NCBI GenBank assembly: GCA_934096705.1
Contig: CAKOMR010000006.1
Span: 2,398-66,397 of the forward strand
Origin: an uncultured Bacilli bacterium
GTDB taxonomy: Bacteria > Bacillota_I > Bacilli_A > RF39 > UBA660
Length of the DNA: 64,000 nucleotides
Reading direction: 5' to 3'
The notes beneath the pieces were generated by a model that was not told where the DNA came from, searched no databases, and was given only the letters and a program-made list of their open reading frames with translations. Shown here piece after piece: positions 17,133 through 26,759 of this stretch. Position 1 is the first letter of the stretch. Each line of letters starts with the position of its first letter. The position numbers and the translations under genes are program-made.

Positions 17133-17615
17133 TTATCTATACAAATTTCTTATAGTAGTTTCAAGCTCTTCTTCCGCTGAAGTACTTGTAGTGCTACTAC
17201 TTATACCATAAAACTCTGATGGCCATCCATAATATGTATCATATGTAAAAGCCATAGGTTCAACAGAATCTTCTTTAGTAACTAATTTCTTTTCAAGTTT
17301 TCCTGTTTCTGAATTAATTGTAACTTCCATATTACTTCTAGATTCTGTTACACAATTTCCAGTCTTAGGATCAAGCGTATAACCTGTAGGTGCTACTTTA
17401 ATTGTATTTGTTTCTTTGTGTTTTTTTGCTTCCTCGATACTATGTTCAATTACTTTATCACCGTATAGTATTTCAAAAGGACATTTTTCAAGTAAATGGT
17501 TAGTCTGTGAATGCAAGACTATACCACTAGCTATTGAAAAAGCAGTTAGTCCTAATCCTAAATATCTAGTGACATTTAATTTTCCCTTTTCTAAATTCCT
17601 TTCTTCATTTTTCAT
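17133..17615 (-). CDS. Membrane-anchored protein, unknown function
   Basis: 160 aa with one N-terminal TM (YLGLGLTAFSIASGIVL) and no recognised family. Has its own consensus promoter and RBS AAGGGGGAAA. Confidence 0.5.
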   Translation of the reverse strand: MKNEERNLEKGKLNVTRYLGLGLTAFSIASGIVLHSQTNHLLEKCPFEILYGDKVIEHSIEEAKKHKETNTIKVAPTGYTLDPKTGNCVTESRSNMEVTINSETGKLEKKLVTKEDSVEPMAFTYDTYYGWPSEFYGISSSTTSTSAEEELETTIRNLYR

Positions 17616-17639
17616 TTTATTTCCCCCTTAATTGCTGTA

Positions 17640-17668
17640 ATTATAGCATATCTTTATAAAACTGTCAA
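17640..17668 (-). promoter_or_regulatory. Consensus sigma-A promoter with extended -10
   Basis: Minus strand TTGACA (17668-17663), 17 nt ending in TGC, TATAAT (17645-17640). Confidence 0.55.
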
Positions 17669-17686
17669 ATTATGTAAATTTAGAAG

Positions 17687-20600
17687 TTAATTTTCTTTTT
17701 TAAATAAGTTTTTTATTTTAGTCCATAAAGATGTTTTAACTTCTTTAGTTTCACTATTTTTTACAGTTTCTTCTTTCTTTTGACCATCAACAACTAAAAT
17801 AAATTTTGTCTCGTCTTCATTACTAATAGACTTTTCTTCGATAGTTTTATATTCTTTTGCTAATTTATTAATCTCATTTAATCTAGCTTCATATTCTTTA
17901 ACATTACTATTTACAATGTTTGAAATAGCACTTATACCCTCTTTATTGTATTTAGTTATGCCATCATTTAAAGTAGTTGCTCCATTATCAAGTTTAGTTA
18001 TAGCACCCAATAGTTCATTTAATGATTCTTTAGTGCTTTTTATTGCCTCTTTTTTAACTTCATCTGCAACATTTTTAGCAACACTTTCTGATACACTTCC
18101 CGCTACACTTTTAGCAACATAAGTTGATATATTAGTACTTACTTCTTTGGCAGAAATAGTACTTGCATTAACAACAATTCCAAGTATTGTTAAAGTGTCT
18201 TTATGTGTATAAGCAAAAAGTTTTTCTTCATCACTAAGTTCTATATTATTTTGCATTTTAGTCATAACGGTTAAATATGTGTTTAAATTTTCTTCTTCAT
18301 TAACACTTTGTAAATAATTTAATGCTGCTTTTTTTACTGATGATGAAACTATATTATTTACATTTTCATCTTTTGAGCCAATTACATTACCATTTTCATC
18401 AACTATTAAATTTGTTTTCATGGTATTAAGAGTACTATTAATTGCACTTTCTTTAATATAAGAAATTTCATTATCAGTTAATGCACTATTATTATCATCT
18501 AAAGAAGATAAAGATGTTATAAGAGTATTTTTTAAAAGTGATAAACCATCACTAAGACTTTTTGAACCTTTATTAATTTTATCAATTCCATCTTGAAGGC
18601 TTTCAACTTTCTCATAAAGCGTATTTATTTTAGAAATATTAAAATTTCCATCACTTATTAGTTTATTTGAAACAACATTATACATTGTAGGTACTTCGAA
18701 GTTTGTAGTTTCATATGTAATAACTAAGCTATCAAAGAAAAGTTCATTTATATTAAGACTTTCTTTAAGACCTGGAATAGCTAAACCTACTACCATATTT
18801 TTATTACCATTTGCAATAACTTTACCATTATTAATAGTTACATTTTTATTATAATTACTATCAAGCATTGCTCCATACATAATCATAAATGGTGTATAAA
18901 TATTTGCATTTTTGCCATTTATATTAACACTTTTTTTAGAATTATTTTTATAATTAATAATTATTTCTACTTTACCACTTTGGCCTAAAACATCTTTAGC
19001 ATTTACTTTTTTTCCATCTAATTTGTAAGTTATATCCATTGAAATTGGTAAAGGCTTTTGATATTTACCTTCATAATATATATCATTTCCATTACTCATC
19101 CAAGTTAATTTATTTTTATCAAGTGTATAAGTTTCGTTTCCGTTTTTATTTATGATATCTTCGAGAGTTGAATAATCAATAAGCTCATTTTTGTTTTCTG
19201 TATTTTTTAAAATTTCAGAAACTATAACACTTTTACTTTCACCATTTTCATTTAAATGAGCATAAACTGTTTCATCTTTTGAAAGAGCAAATGTATTTAA
19301 TGGCATTAAAGTTAGAAGTGCTAAAAATGATGCCTCTATAATTTTTTTATTCTTAACATTTTTCATATTATCATTTCCTTTCTTTCTAAATATTAATTTA
19401 TCAAATGTAAGAAGTACTGTAGGAAGTGCTAAAATTACTACCACCATACTTATAATGGCTCCTCTTGAAATAAGAGTACATAATGATGAAATCATTTCAA
19501 GCTTAGAATATACTCCTACACCAAATGTTGCAGCAAAGAAACATAAACCACTTATAAGTATTGAAGCTCCGCAGTAATTAAGTGTTTCTTCCATTGCTAT
19601 TTTCTTATCCATAGTTTTTCTTTTTTCTTTGTATGTAGTTGTTAAAAGTATAGCATAGTCAATTGTTGCTCCTAACTGGATTGTTCCTAGTACTATTGGA
19701 GCTACAAATGGTAAAACTACTCCACCAAAGTATGCAATACTCATATTTATGAATATAGCGGCTTCAATAGTGATTATTAATAAAACAGGTAAAGCAAATG
19801 CTTTTAAACAAATAATTAATATGATAAATACACATAATATACTTGAATAATTTACATTATTAAAGTCAGTATCACTTATTTTAATTAAATCTTTCATAAG
19901 TGGTCCTTCACCTGCTACGATAGCGGTTTTATCATATTTTTTAACTATGTCATTAACCAAAGTAATTTGATTATTTATTTCATCACTGGCTACTTCATAA
20001 ATACTATTTACAAGTACCATTTGATATTTACCACTTTTAAATATTTTAAGTAGATCACTTGGAATAACATTTTCAGAAAGTCCCATTTTCTCAAGTTCAG
20101 AAAGTGATAAAGCAAAATCAATTCCTTCAACATTTTTAATTTCACTTATCATATTACTTACATCACTTGACTTAACATTACTATCTAAAATAATCATTTC
20201 TGGACTTACTATGTTAAATTTATCTTTTAATTCTTTATTTGCACTTATGCTTTCCAAAGTATCAGGAAGTGTTTTATCCATTTTGTAATATACATCTACT
20301 TTTGAATAAGCTAAATATGCAGGTACTATTAAAAGTACAAAAATAATAAATATTACTTTATAATTTTTTACAATAAAATGATTTAATTTATCAAAAACTA
20401 AATTTATCTTTTTATGTTTAGTTTTATCAATTAATTTATCAAATGTAAGAAGTAATGCTGGGAATAGTAAAAGTGTTGAAATAAGTCCGATTAAAACACC
20501 CTTTGCCATTACAATACCTAAGTCTTTTCCTAAAGTTAAACTCATTGTACATAAAACTAAGAAACCTGCGATTGTTGTAAGACTACTACCAATAACTGAG

Positions 20601-21415
20601 GTAAAAGTTTCTGTAATAGCATTTGCCATTGCTTCTTCTTTCGATTTATATAACGCTTTTTTCTTTTCATAAGAGTTATATAAGAAAATTGAGAAGTCAG
20701 TAGTTACTCCGAGTTGAAGTACTGCAACTAATGCTTTTGTTATGTAGGAAATTTCTCCTAAAAAGACATTTGTTCCCATATTTATAAGTATAGCTATACC
20801 AATATTTGCAAGAAGTAAAATTGGAACTATATATGAATCTAGTGAAAATTCTAACACTGCAATACAAAGTATTACTGCAATAATTATATAAATAACTATT
20901 TCTTCATTTGAAAGGTTCATTGTATCAAGTACCATTGAACTCATTCCGCCAAGTTTTACACTATCACTAGTAAGATTTCTTATTTCTTTTACGGCATTAA
21001 TGGTTTCTTCTGAAGAAGTTCCACCTGCAAAAGTAATTAAGAATATATCGGCATTATCATCATGTAAATATTTTGTGATATCAGTTGGTAAAATATCTAC
21101 AGGAATTACTCCGGTAGCATCATATAGTGATACTACTTTATTTACTCCTTTCACATTTTTAATTTTATCCTCTAACTTTATTATTTCTTTTGAGGACATA
21201 TTTTTTGCTATTGCCACAGAATATGAACCCATTTCAAAGTCATCAGTTAATATATTTTGGCCTTGTATTGTTTCAATATCTTCGGGTAAGTAAACTAAAA
21301 TATCATAATTTACTTTAGTTAAACTCATACCGATAAATGATAGAACCATTAAAATACCGGTTACAATTAAAATGAGACTTTTATGCTTACATATTTTGTC
21401 CGCAAACTTTTTCAT
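17687..21415 (-). CDS. MMPL/RND-superfamily transporter (~683 aa, 12 TM) fused in frame to a ~560-aa extracytoplasmic module with x-x-x-L-x-x-G heptad repeats (YhgE/Pip-like)
   Basis: Two TM bundles with large loops (MMPL architecture). Then KKGNDN-MKNVKNKKIIEASFLALLTLMPLNTFALS-KDETVYAHL. The C-terminal region has LQDGIDKINKGSKSLSDGLSLL and LDNGATTLNDGITKYNKEG repeats. Confidence 0.75.
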   Translation of the reverse strand: MKKFADKICKHKSLILIVTGILMVLSFIGMSLTKVNYDILVYLPEDIETIQGQNILTDDFEMGSYSVAIAKNMSSKEIIKLEDKIKNVKGVNKVVSLYDATGVIPVDILPTDITKYLHDDNADIFLITFAGGTSSEETINAVKEIRNLTSDSVKLGGMSSMVLDTMNLSNEEIVIYIIIAVILCIAVLEFSLDSYIVPILLLANIGIAILINMGTNVFLGEISYITKALVAVLQLGVTTDFSIFLYNSYEKKKALYKSKEEAMANAITETFTSVIGSSLTTIAGFLVLCTMSLTLGKDLGIVMAKGVLIGLISTLLLFPALLLTFDKLIDKTKHKKINLVFDKLNHFIVKNYKVIFIIFVLLIVPAYLAYSKVDVYYKMDKTLPDTLESISANKELKDKFNIVSPEMIILDSNVKSSDVSNMISEIKNVEGIDFALSLSELEKMGLSENVIPSDLLKIFKSGKYQMVLVNSIYEVASDEINNQITLVNDIVKKYDKTAIVAGEGPLMKDLIKISDTDFNNVNYSSILCVFIILIICLKAFALPVLLIITIEAAIFINMSIAYFGGVVLPFVAPIVLGTIQLGATIDYAILLTTTYKEKRKTMDKKIAMEETLNYCGASILISGLCFFAATFGVGVYSKLEMISSLCTLISRGAIISMVVVILALPTVLLTFDKLIFRKKGNDNMKNVKNKKIIEASFLALLTLMPLNTFALSKDETVYAHLNENGESKSVIVSEILKNTENKNELIDYSTLEDIINKNGNETYTLDKNKLTWMSNGNDIYYEGKYQKPLPISMDITYKLDGKKVNAKDVLGQSGKVEIIINYKNNSKKSVNINGKNANIYTPFMIMYGAMLDSNYNKNVTINNGKVIANGNKNMVVGLAIPGLKESLNINELFFDSLVITYETTNFEVPTMYNVVSNKLISDGNFNISKINTLYEKVESLQDGIDKINKGSKSLSDGLSLLKNTLITSLSSLDDNNSALTDNEISYIKESAINSTLNTMKTNLIVDENGNVIGSKDENVNNIVSSSVKKAALNYLQSVNEEENLNTYLTVMTKMQNNIELSDEEKLFAYTHKDTLTILGIVVNASTISAKEVSTNISTYVAKSVAGSVSESVAKNVADEVKKEAIKSTKESLNELLGAITKLDNGATTLNDGITKYNKEGISAISNIVNSNVKEYEARLNEINKLAKEYKTIEEKSISNEDETKFILVVDGQKKEETVKNSETKEVKTSLWTKIKNLFKKEN

Positions 21416-21491
21416 TTGTCATCTTTCCTTTCACACAAAGTATTTTATTACAATGGATAAGAAAATAACACACACATAAACTTTTAAATGC

Positions 21492-21543
21492 TTGTTATCC
21501 AACAAAATATCAAATTATGTATATTTTTATCCAACATTTTGTT
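21492..21543. promoter_or_regulatory. Candidate TetR operator sites in the divergent promoter region
   Basis: Direct repeat TTATCCAACA at 21495-21504 and 21527-21536. Local palindromes TTGTTatccAACAA (21492-21505) and AACAtttTGTT (21533-21543). Confidence 0.3.
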
Positions 21544-21595
21544 ATTTATCTTTTATTTTGATTAATAAAGTGATATACTTTAGTTGGTGAAAAAA

Positions 21596-22153
21596 ATGGA
21601 AAAGAAAAAAGATTTGAGGGTTATTAAAACAAAAAGAATGATATATACATCTTTAGTGGAACTTATGAAAGAGAAAACATTTGAAGAAATTAAAGTATCT
21701 GATATATGTGAAAAAGCCTTAATAAATAGATCAACCTTTTATGCACATTATGAAGATAAATATGAACTTCTTGTAGATTTCATTAAAGACTTAAAAGATG
21801 AGTTTTCTCAAAAACTAGAAAATAACAAAGCATTAAATATAAAAGAATACTATCTTGAGCTTATTAAAATATTTTTAAATCATGTTGAGGATAAAAAAGA
21901 TATATATTCCTCAATTATGGTACATAATCGAAATAGTATAATGATGGATATTTTACTTAGTGCAATAAATGATGATATTTTAAAAAGAATTAGTAAAGAA
22001 AAAATTAGTGATGGAATTCCCGCAGAGATTATTGCTAAATTCTACGTTGGTGGAGTCCTAAATTTAGGATTTGAATATTTAAATTCTAATGGTAAGTATA
22101 CTAAAGATGAAATAATTTCTTATATCGATAAATTAATAAAAGATGAAATATAA
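21596..22153 (+). CDS. TetR/AcrR-family transcriptional regulator (divergent from the MMPL gene)
   Basis: N-terminal HTH RVIKTKRMIYTSLVELMKEKTFEEIKVSDICEKALINRSTFYAHYEDKYELL. ATG at 21596 preferred over TTG at 21584. Confidence 0.85.
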   Translation: MEKKKDLRVIKTKRMIYTSLVELMKEKTFEEIKVSDICEKALINRSTFYAHYEDKYELLVDFIKDLKDEFSQKLENNKALNIKEYYLELIKIFLNHVEDKKDIYSSIMVHNRNSIMMDILLSAINDDILKRISKEKISDGIPAEIIAKFYVGGVLNLGFEYLNSNGKYTKDEIISYIDKLIKDEI

Positions 22154-22209
22154 AAAATGCTACTTATTAAAAATGAAGTTGTCAACAAAAAGTAGACACT
22201 AAAAAAGTA

Positions 22210-22734
22210 TTATTGAAAGCCCAGTTGAGTTCTATATTCAATTGGGTTTTTATAATTTAAAGCATAACTGGATCTATAGTTATTATTATCCCAAATAATA
22301 TCATCAATAAATTCTTTAACTGTGTTATAATTATTTACGTCAAAATCAATATACATTTCTTTCTTTAACCATCCATTTTTGGATTCAATAACTGGATTAT
22401 CTGTTGGTATACCAGCTCTAGACATAGATCTGGTTATGTTATAGGAATTAAATATATTTTTAAATGATACTGAGGAATAAATAATGCCTTGATCTATGTG
22501 AACTATTGTATCTAGGTCTTTATATCCTCTTTTTATTTTGTTATTTAGCATATTTTCTACAGTTTTTTTATGATTTAATATACCATTTCCGTACATTGTT
22601 TTTCTTACATCTAATCCAACAATTTCATTATTAAACACATCTAAATAAAATGTCCAATCATATTTTTTTCCTTTGAAATAGAATGAAGTTGTATCTGAAA
22701 CTATCTTTTCAAAGAATTCATCTTTACGGTCATT
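22210..22734 (-). mobile_element. IS3-family transposase remnant: DDE (rve) catalytic core only, no N-terminal HTH/OrfA, fused in frame to the upstream response-regulator ORF
   Basis: IVSDTTSFYF...YLDVFNNEIVGLDV (first D), TIVHIDQGIIYSS (second D) and SMSRAGIPTDNPVIESKNGWLKKE (E) are classic IS3 OrfB motifs. No terminal inverted repeats identified. Confidence 0.7.
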
Positions 22735-22812
22735 ATTTTGAGTTCTTAAATTATTTTCTTTTATATCTTTCAAAGAATTTTCTATTTTCTTTTTAACTTT
22801 CTCATTTTGAGC

Positions 22813-23469
22813 TTCCAATTTATAGCCTAAATTTTGATAGGACTTTATAGTTACACTTGAAGCTATTGATTTTAGTTTTTTTCTTAAAAATGACATATAT
22901 GCTTCAATATTATTTGATTCACTTTCATTTTCAATACCCCACACTTTATCGTATATCTGCTCTTTTGAAAGTATCATGATTTGATTATTTATTAAATATT
23001 CTAAAAGTTTATATTCTTTACAAACTAAGTCAACACTTTCATTAGTCTTTTCATTTATTAATTTTTTATTAGATTTATCTAAATAAATATCCTCATAAGA
23101 AATTTTATAATTAATTAAATTAAGTTGTTTATTAATTCTCACAATAAGCTCTTCAATATGGAAAGGCTTTGTTAAATAATCATCTGTGCCTTTGTTAAAC
23201 CCATCAATTTTATTTTCCAAACTAGATAGTGCAGTAAGCATAATAATTTTACTAGTAATATTATTTTTTCTTAAATCACTCAAAATATCAAATCCGTTTT
23301 TATTTGGAAGCATTACATCTAAAATTATCAAATCGTATTCATTGCTTAATGCTTTTTCATACCCTATAAGTCCATCTAAGGAAAAATCTACTTCAAATTT
23401 AGAATTTTCTAATGTTTATTTTATAATTTTAACAAGTGATTGTTCATCTTCAATTAAAAGTATTTTCAT
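22813..23469 (-). pseudogene. OmpR-family response regulator with an in-frame TAA at codon 18 (pseudogene)
   Basis: Own translation from ATG 23469 gives MKILLIEDEQSLVKIIK*TLENSKFEVDFSLDGLIGYEKALSNEYDLIILDVMLPN..., with the stop at 23416-23418. The rest is intact receiver plus winged helix (KEYKLLEYL...VWG...NIEAYMSFLRKKL). No histidine kinase gene nearby. Confidence 0.75.
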
Positions 23470-23522
23470 ATTTCACCTACAAAAATTATAATAGATTTTA
23501 TTTATTAAATAAACCTTAAATT

Positions 23523-23550
23523 ATAAAAAAAATAGGTTTTTTAACCTATT
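23523..23550 (-). terminator. Rho-independent terminator overlapping the stop of the DUF308 gene
   Basis: Hairpin AATAGGTT/AACCTATT (23531-23550) with a minus-strand T8 (plus-strand A-run 23523-23530). Confidence 0.55.
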
Positions 23551-24094
23551 TTAAAAGTTTAACTATATCATTTACATTCTTTTTAAAGATAATTGTATCT
23601 ATAATATTTGATACTGCATAAACCATTATTACTATACCAACATAAGTAGTTATTACTTCACTTCCAATACCTGGATTTATTATAATATAAATTCCACAGA
23701 TAATTGAAAGAAGTGAACATATAAATAGAATTAGCCAATTTTTGTAACCACTACCGCTTAATAATAAAGATATTCTTAAATCAAGAGCAGATTTTACAAC
23801 CATTGATATTCCTACTACTATAGGAAATAATGTTTTAACTATCTGAGGATTAATAATCATTATAATTCCCATTAATAATTCTAGGACTCCTAAAGTTAGG
23901 AAACCTGAGAAAAACAAACTTGTATCTTTCTCTATAATAAAGTAAATTCCATTAATAATTAGAAATACAGCTACTATATAAGTAATTACTGAAAATGATA
24001 CATTTGGGTAAATCATAAATATTAATCCTAAAACAAACATTAATACTGATAATATTATTGATGAATATAAAAATTTATTAAATTTTTCTAACAT
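23546..24094 (-). CDS. HdeD/DUF308-family membrane protein
   Basis: Six predicted TM segments with repeated G-I/L-x-x-I-I-N-G/P pattern (LIINGIYFII, IMIINPQ, IYIIINPG). Start at MLEKFNKF has a GGAGAAA RBS. Confidence 0.55.
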   Translation of the reverse strand: MLEKFNKFLYSSIILSVLMFVLGLIFMIYPNVSFSVITYIVAVFLIINGIYFIIEKDTSLFFSGFLTLGVLELLMGIIMIINPQIVKTLFPIVVGISMVVKSALDLRISLLLSGSGYKNWLILFICSLLSIICGIYIIINPGIGSEVITTYVGIVIMVYAVSNIIDTIIFKKNVNDIVKLLK

Positions 24095-24171
24095 ATATTT
24101 TTTCTCCTTTCTATTATAATTGTACAAATTTAAAATTTTTATGTAAATAAACACTTTTTTAAATATGTTGA

Positions 24172-25197
24172 TTAATTATTTGGTTTAAAAATAATTTTAA
24201 TTGCATCATCGGTTCCTGATGTTAATCTTTCAAAAGCTTCTTGAGCTTTTTCTAAAGGTATTATGTCGTCAATATATTTCTTTACATTTAATTTGCCATC
24301 TGCAATTAATTTAATAGTTCTATCAAAATCAAACTCAGTATATGCAATTGAACCTTTCATAGTTATTTCACCCATAACAGATACTACAGTTGGAATTGTT
24401 ATTGGAGCCATTGAAACACCAACTAAAACTATTGTTCCACCATTTTTAGTTATCATTATAGCTTCACTTACTGCAGCAGAATTACCACAGCAATCAATAA
24501 CTTTATCAAATCCACCAGCAGTTTTTTCTTTTAACATAGGAACTAGATTTTCATCTAAAGCATTGAAATATTCATCAACACAGCCAAATTTTAAAGCCTT
24601 CTTTCCACGATTTTCATTTGTTTCAAGAAGCGCTATATATGTAGCTCCTGCCATTTTAGCAAATTCTGCAGCCATAAGGCCAATAATTCCGCCACCAATT
24701 ATGGCAACTTTGTCACCTACATTAATGTTTGCAAGACCAATACCATGTAAACTTACTGCTGAAGGTTCTACCATACAAGCCTCTTCGTTTGAAACATTAT
24801 CTGGAAGTTTTCTAACCATATCTGGATGGCAACTTGACATTTGCGCATATGCACCAGGATAATCTAAAGAAAGTCCTACTGCATGAGCCCATGTTTCAGG
24901 ACAATACTGAGGATTTCCACTTTTACAAGCATCACATTTTCCACATGGAGAAATTGGAAGTCCTGTTATTCTATCACCAATTTTTAAATCAGCTCTACTA
25001 CCAGGATCGACAACTGTTCCACAAAATTCATGACCCATTACTAAGCCTTCAGGTTGACCCATATCCCAATAATGTATATCAGAACCACAAATACCGCAAG
25101 TATCTACTTTAAAAATTACTTTTTTGCCATCACTTACAATTTCATTTTCTTGTGCTACATTTAAATTTTTAACACCTGTTAATTTTACACATTTCAT
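24172..25197 (-). CDS. Zinc-dependent medium-chain alcohol/polyol dehydrogenase
   Basis: GICGSDIHYW, GHEFCGTVV, structural-Zn cysteines CGKCDACKSGNPQYC and Rossmann motif IIGGGIIGLMA. Confidence 0.85.
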   Translation of the reverse strand: MKCVKLTGVKNLNVAQENEIVSDGKKVIFKVDTCGICGSDIHYWDMGQPEGLVMGHEFCGTVVDPGSRADLKIGDRITGLPISPCGKCDACKSGNPQYCPETWAHAVGLSLDYPGAYAQMSSCHPDMVRKLPDNVSNEEACMVEPSAVSLHGIGLANINVGDKVAIIGGGIIGLMAAEFAKMAGATYIALLETNENRGKKALKFGCVDEYFNALDENLVPMLKEKTAGGFDKVIDCCGNSAAVSEAIMITKNGGTIVLVGVSMAPITIPTVVSVMGEITMKGSIAYTEFDFDRTIKLIADGKLNVKKYIDDIIPLEKAQEAFERLTSGTDDAIKIIFKPNN

Positions 25198-25224
25198 ATT
25201 TTACCACCATATTTATAATAGCAT

Positions 25225-25261
25225 AAAAAAGAAAAACTGAAAAATTATTTATTTTCAGTTT
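25225..25261 (-). terminator. Rho-independent terminator
   Basis: 10-bp stem AAACTGAAAA/TTTTCAGTTT (25234-25243 / 25252-25261) plus a minus-strand T-run. Confidence 0.6.
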
Positions 25262-25264
25262 ACT

Positions 25265-26182
25265 TTAGTTTACACTTTTTAAATAACTTGCCATGTGTCT
25301 TCCCCATAAAAAGAAGAAGCTGGCTTTTGGATGAACACCATCTGATGAAAAAGAATTTACTCGATCATTTAAATAAACACCATTTTCCAAAAACTGAATA
25401 CCAAGTTCTTTGGCTAATTCTTTAAGTTTTTCATTATATGTTTCTTGATAAGTAAATGATGGATCACTTTGTAAAGCATAATCCCCCACAGGTAAAACAG
25501 AATTTACAATTATCTTTGTTTCTGGAAGAGCACTTTGTATCATTAATATAACTTCTCTATATTTATTAATCCAACCATCATAATTATATGACCATGATTT
25601 TATATCATTTGCACCATAAGATAGAAATAAAAATTTTGGATTATATGTAATTACCTTATCTAAATCATTTTTCATTGTATCAATTCTTCTTCCGCGAGCC
25701 CATACAACACTTTCTGAATTAAGTACTTTATAGCAATCTAATCCTTCTCCCATTGAATCACCAACTACCATAGCATGCTTTTCAATAAAGATATTTTTAG
25801 CATCTTCGTTAGTTATATCATCAATTAAAAATTCATCTTGAACATATGTAGAATTTGGTTTAGTAACTGAAGGAGTTTCATTTTCAGTAGGACTTGTTTT
25901 ATTATCTACAGTAGGTTCATTATCTGTCACATTTTTATTGTCATCTAAAGTTTTGTTATCATTTTCTGTAGGAGTTTTATTTTCTACACTTTCACTTGGA
26001 ATATTTTCTACTGTATTATTTTCTACCTTTACAATATTATTTGAATTATCACTTTTATTTGTAAAATTACTCTTTATTAAAATATTTTTCAAAAACAAAA
26101 CTATAATAGATATAAATACTATTAGAAAAAGTAAAACATAAAATATAATAATGTTCTTTTTTAATTTAATTTGTTTTTCCAT
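25265..26182 (-). CDS. Membrane-anchored SGNH/GDSL-family hydrolase or acetyl-esterase
   Basis: N-terminal TM, N/T/E-rich linker, then block I VVGDSMGEG, block III SYGANDI and block V SSDGVHP. Confidence 0.75.
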   Translation of the reverse strand: MEKQIKLKKNIIIFYVLLFLIVFISIIVLFLKNILIKSNFTNKSDNSNNIVKVENNTVENIPSESVENKTPTENDNKTLDDNKNVTDNEPTVDNKTSPTENETPSVTKPNSTYVQDEFLIDDITNEDAKNIFIEKHAMVVGDSMGEGLDCYKVLNSESVVWARGRRIDTMKNDLDKVITYNPKFLFLSYGANDIKSWSYNYDGWINKYREVILMIQSALPETKIIVNSVLPVGDYALQSDPSFTYQETYNEKLKELAKELGIQFLENGVYLNDRVNSFSSDGVHPKASFFFLWGRHMASYLKSVN

Positions 26183-26219
26183 AAAAAACATCCTTCATAA
26201 TTAGAATAATCTTTTTTAT

Positions 26220-26244
26220 AAAAAAAAGCAAGTTGCCCTGCTTT
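26220..26244 (-). terminator. Rho-independent terminator
   Basis: Hairpin AAAGCA...TGCTTT with a GC-rich loop and a minus-strand T-run (plus-strand A-run 26220-26227). Confidence 0.5.
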
Positions 26245-26272
26245 GTTATACAATTTTTTTACAATATTTACT

Positions 26273-26743
26273 TTAATTTTTTAAATTTAGAAAATTTTCT
26301 TTAATAGCTCCAGAATACTGATTATCCATTGCTAAAAGTACTAAATCGCCTCTGCTTTCGACAATTACATTTTTCTCTTCGACTTCAACGCATATCCATT
26401 TTCTAGGATTTACTTTTTCTTTTATTTCTTTTTTAGCTTTTTCTGCATCTTTCGAAGAATTTAATCTAATTAAAACAACTGAATGAGCTACCGAAGACAT
26501 AACTGGTTCACTTGCTAATGCGTCTTTATAATCAAATGAAACATCTCCGATAAAATATTCTTGTTCATCTTTTGTAAATGCTACCTGCTGTAAATTTTCA
26601 GTGGAAAAACCATCAAGATTTTCATATAATTTATTCATTAAATCTGGTAAGTTTCCTTTTATGTTTTCTTCTTTCTTACCACATGCTGAACATAATAAAG
26701 TAACCATAATTACAAGTAATACTAAACTAATTTTTTTCTTCAT
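26273..26743 (-). CDS. Lipoprotein, DUF4358-like (commonly found with MBOAT/DHHW genes)
   Basis: Signal peptide with Cys lipobox MKKKISLVLLVIMVTLLCSAC-GKKE. Size and genomic partners fit DUF4358. Confidence 0.55.
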   Translation of the reverse strand: MKKKISLVLLVIMVTLLCSACGKKEENIKGNLPDLMNKLYENLDGFSTENLQQVAFTKDEQEYFIGDVSFDYKDALASEPVMSSVAHSVVLIRLNSSKDAEKAKKEIKEKVNPRKWICVEVEEKNVIVESRGDLVLLAMDNQYSGAIKENFLNLKN

Positions 26744-26759
26744 ATACCCACACTCCTTA

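Noticed and set aside
17687-21415. Splitting the 1242-aa ORF into two annotated genes
   Set aside because: There is no stop codon between the MMPL part and the signal-peptide-like part, and the frame is continuous (21415 and 19366 share the same phase). It is kept as one CDS and the internal start is reported as a finding.
23416-23418. Possibility that the in-frame TAA in the response regulator reflects stop-codon reassignment or programmed read-through
   Set aside because: TAA is used as an ordinary terminator by many well-supported genes in this window (for example the ABC partner at 4841 and the 17133 gene). No recoding signal is evident. A nonsense mutation in a decaying locus next to an IS remnant is the simpler explanation.
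24263-24862. 199-aa plus-strand ORF, and the 92-aa ORF at 24834-25112
   Set aside because: Both lie entirely antisense to the well-supported zinc alcohol dehydrogenase gene (GHEFCG and Rossmann motifs on the minus strand). They have no RBS or start context and their composition is low-complexity. They are shadow ORFs.
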